Shown one piece after another: positions 61,273 to 64,000 of a stretch of 64,000 bases of DNA (the stretch's first letter is position 1; each line of letters starts with the position of its first letter). The notes under the pieces were generated by a model. It searched no databases. It saw only the letters and a list, made by a program, of their open reading frames with translations, and was not told the DNA's origin. The stretch lies in assembly GCF_902652985.1 (NCBI RefSeq), contig NC_047032.1, positions 28,024,001 to 28,088,000 on the forward strand, written 5' to 3'. The translations under genes were made by a program, and so were the position numbers. The DNA comes from Pecten maximus. Lineage: Eukaryota.

Positions 61273-64000
61273 ATTTCTTTATTGACTGTGGGCCATATTG
61301 CCCATTAGCACATATTTTAATATACAAAGTCATAATATACGTGAACAGCAATAGAAATTACAAAGTGGAGAACGAGTTCAGAGTTTGTACATATAGCCAG
61401 GATCTTATTGGCTTCGAAAATAAGATTTGCATATACAATTCACTGACATAAGTTATATTAAATATAAAAGTCTATACTTAGTCAAATCATGTACTATTGG
61501 TTACATATAATATTGATATAATAACAGTATATTAAAAGCTATGTATTTGATCCAAATGAATGATCTCAACGGTGAGGGAGATGCGAGAGTGGTTGGGGAT
61601 ACCCCTACCAGAAACTCGCACATCCCCCGTTGAGATCAGGCAGATCTGATTGTATGGTGAAATACTTATGTGTATCAAGTTAAAATATATGGAGCGAATG
61701 TAGGGGAAAGTGAGCAAGTTAAAGACATGCGGCTCGAATCTTATTAGCTTCGAAAATAAATTTGCCTAAACGAGTTAGCTGTTTGATATTATTTACATTC
61801 AATAGCTGTATCAATTTAAACATTGAAGGTTTCTGCCAGTAATATTTTTTAATGAGACGACGTCTTAAGTTATTGTACATGTTACATTTCAATATAAAAT
61901 GGTATTCATCCTCTACTTCAGTCGTTGACTTACAAATTATACAATATCTCTTATGTCGATCAATATTCTTGTAGCGGCCGGTTTCGATTGCTAAAGAATG
62001 CGCAGACATACGAATTTTCGATAAACATATTCTGTAATTCATAGGTATATATTTTGTTAAGTAAAATTGAATGGAAAAATTGTCCACAATATACTGATAT
62101 AAAAAGCATTTAGAAGACTTTTCTAAGAGATCTCTTAAATATTGCCTAGCTTGATCAAAAATTCTTTGACGTATACAAGATAAAGTAGCTTTAGAATTAT
62201 GTGATGATTGGCAGAGCCATACATCACCAAAACCTAAGGAGCAAAGCAGATCCTTTACACATTGTACCCAATTAAAACATGACCCAGTGTTCTTAGTTAA
62301 CAAAAAGTTGTACGCAGTATTTAAAATACAATTTTTCGTGTCAAGTAGTTTGAACCAGTATTTTATTATCCTATATCTCCTTGTGTATTCTAAAGGGAAA
62401 CGGCCAAGTTCCCAGTATACCATTGCATTATTTGTAGATTTTTTAACTTTAAGTAATCTCTTACAAAAATGTAAATGGACCTGTTCAATATCTAACCCTT
62501 TGGTCGACCCCCAAACTTCACATGAATAGAATAAAATGCTACTTACATAGGTGTCAAACATACTCAGCATGGTTTTACAATTTAGATTCATGTTTAAACA
62601 TTTAGAAAACAAAGCAAACATAGCTTTACGTCCTTGGTCAGACAATTTTTTTTGTACATTCGTGAATTTATTATTGTATCTAAAGTTTACGCCAAGATAG
62701 GAGAAATCGTCAACACAATCAAGTTTTTTCTCGCGGTAAGACCATATTTCACAGTTACGGATTTTCCCGCCTTTACGGAAAACCATAACTTTTGTTTTCT
62801 CAATATTGACTGTTAGTTTCCATTTGTCACAATAAGTTGCGAGATTATTTAATAATTCCTGTAAGCCTTCGACAGTTTCAGAGAACAAGACTAAATCGTC
62901 AGCATACAGCATCAGAAATAAGCTTAATTCGCCAAAATCGTAATTTTGGTTACATTTCGATATAAAAAAAGATTTATAATCATTTACGTACATGGAAAAT
63001 AATATCGGCGACAAAGTTTCGCCTTGCATTAAACCAATATCGTTTGAGAAAAAATCAGATAAACAACCTTTAAATTTGACACAAGATTTAACATTGTCAT
63101 AAATTGATTTAATTATTTGAAGAAGCTTGCCCCTGACACCTAATTTCGAGAGTTTATACCATAAATTAATTCTGTTCACATAGTCAAACGCCTTGCGAAA
63201 GTCGACAAAGCAACAATACAAACGTTTATTTTCACTTAAGGATTTAGTAATAATAGAGTGTAAGGCAAAAATCGCATCTACAGTGCTTAATCCACTACGA
63301 AATCCAAATTGTGCATCTGTAATTGTCTCATAAGTTTCGGACCAACGTATCAATCTTAAATTCAGAATGGACGTAAATAATTTGCCCAAACAACTTAGCA
63401 AGCTGATACCTCTAAAATTGTTGGGATCAGTTTTTACACCGTTTTTATGAACAGGAGTTATTATTGCCACAGACCACTCGGTTGGGAAGTAACCAGAGTT
63501 CAAAATTGAATTAAAAAGTGTACATAAAACAGGCATAATTATTTCTTTTCCAACTAAAAAACATTCGTTCAAAATTCCATCTATTCCATGTGACTTGCCA
63601 TGATTTAAATTATTAATAGCCTTCTTAATTTCATCAATACTAATTGGACTGTCTAATTCCTCATATAATGGGACAGTATTTTCTTCAGAATCGTGATTAC
63701 AAAAGGTACCAGTTTCATCACCATCATTGGTGGCTAAACCTTTGAAATGTTCAAACAATGTACTGATATTCATTTCTGGACCTGATGACTTGGAAGATGA
63801 AAACTTTTTATAGAACTGTTTTGGGTTGTACTTCCTTAGGTATTCAAGCATATCCCCTTCAAATCTAATATACATCCTTTTCTTTGTAAGTTCGGCTAAT
63901 TTATATAACCTTTTCTTATCAATTAATATTTTATGATTATTTATGGATTTACATCTATTGAAAATATTCAATGCGTTTTTATAATTGTAAAACATTTTTT
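61270..64000 (-). mobile_element. Second APE/RT-type LINE (3' portion; continues beyond the window)
   Basis: RT ORF 61719-63995 plus a 3' UTR ending near AATAAAGAAATTGAA at about 61283-61269. Confidence 0.9.
61719..63995 (-). CDS. LINE ORF2 reverse transcriptase (partial)
   Basis: Motifs NFRGISL, QFGFR, FVDFRKAFD, GLMQGETLSP, LYADD, YLGV and C-terminal CIIC...HFILKC. No stop codons in 758 aa. Confidence 0.93.
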   Translation of the reverse strand: MFYNYKNALNIFNRCKSINNHKILIDKKRLYKLAELTKKRMYIRFEGDMLEYLRKYNPKQFYKKFSSSKSSGPEMNISTLFEHFKGLATNDGDETGTFCNHDSEENTVPLYEELDSPISIDEIKKAINNLNHGKSHGIDGILNECFLVGKEIIMPVLCTLFNSILNSGYFPTEWSVAIITPVHKNGVKTDPNNFRGISLLSCLGKLFTSILNLRLIRWSETYETITDAQFGFRSGLSTVDAIFALHSIITKSLSENKRLYCCFVDFRKAFDYVNRINLWYKLSKLGVRGKLLQIIKSIYDNVKSCVKFKGCLSDFFSNDIGLMQGETLSPILFSMYVNDYKSFFISKCNQNYDFGELSLFLMLYADDLVLFSETVEGLQELLNNLATYCDKWKLTVNIEKTKVMVFRKGGKIRNCEIWSYREKKLDCVDDFSYLGVNFRYNNKFTNVQKKLSDQGRKAMFALFSKCLNMNLNCKTMLSMFDTYVSSILFYSCEVWGSTKGLDIEQVHLHFCKRLLKVKKSTNNAMVYWELGRFPLEYTRRYRIIKYWFKLLDTKNCILNTAYNFLLTKNTGSCFNWVQCVKDLLCSLGFGDVWLCQSSHNSKATLSCIRQRIFDQARQYLRDLLEKSSKCFLYQYIVDNFSIQFYLTKYIPMNYRICLSKIRMSAHSLAIETGRYKNIDRHKRYCIICKSTTEVEDEYHFILKCNMYNNLRRRLIKKYYWQKPSMFKLIQLLNVNNIKQLTRLGKFIFEANKIRAACL

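Noticed and set aside
61561-61670. Hammerhead ribozyme in the LINE 3' UTR (and at other CTGATGA sites such as 3874, 51536, 55125)
   Set aside because: I found no CUGANGA core correctly positioned with a stem II followed by GAAA. An Infernal scan would be decisive.

Overview
AT-rich, repeat-dense eukaryotic DNA with spliceosomal GT-AG introns. It is most likely from a bivalve mollusc, possibly a scallop (inferred from the gene and repeat families). No prokaryotic systems, CRISPR arrays or rRNA genes are evident. I reconstructed four spliced host genes by hand, all on the minus strand and only partly visible in the ORF track: two tandem paralogous 3-exon secreted 12-Cys peptides of the cvSI/MEROPS I84 protease-inhibitor type with an unusual His-rich insert, a four-EF-hand calmodulin-like gene, and a 6-exon AIG1/ADTRP gene. 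Mobile DNA includes a full-length tyrosine-recombinase (Ngaro/PAT-type, split direct repeat) retrotransposon at 5911-13268, two APE/RT-type LINEs, Penelope-like remnants, HINE-type elements, TA-flanked MITEs, tRNA-derived SINEs and many mini/microsatellites. The most interesting object is the YR retrotransposon. It carries an intact SGNH hydrolase ORF upstream of gag, phase-matched splice sites predicting a Gag(N)-YR fusion, and an array of seven short hairpin motifs inside a putative intron. It also shares a 9-bp core with its target site. Functional interpretations are inferences; no database searches were run.
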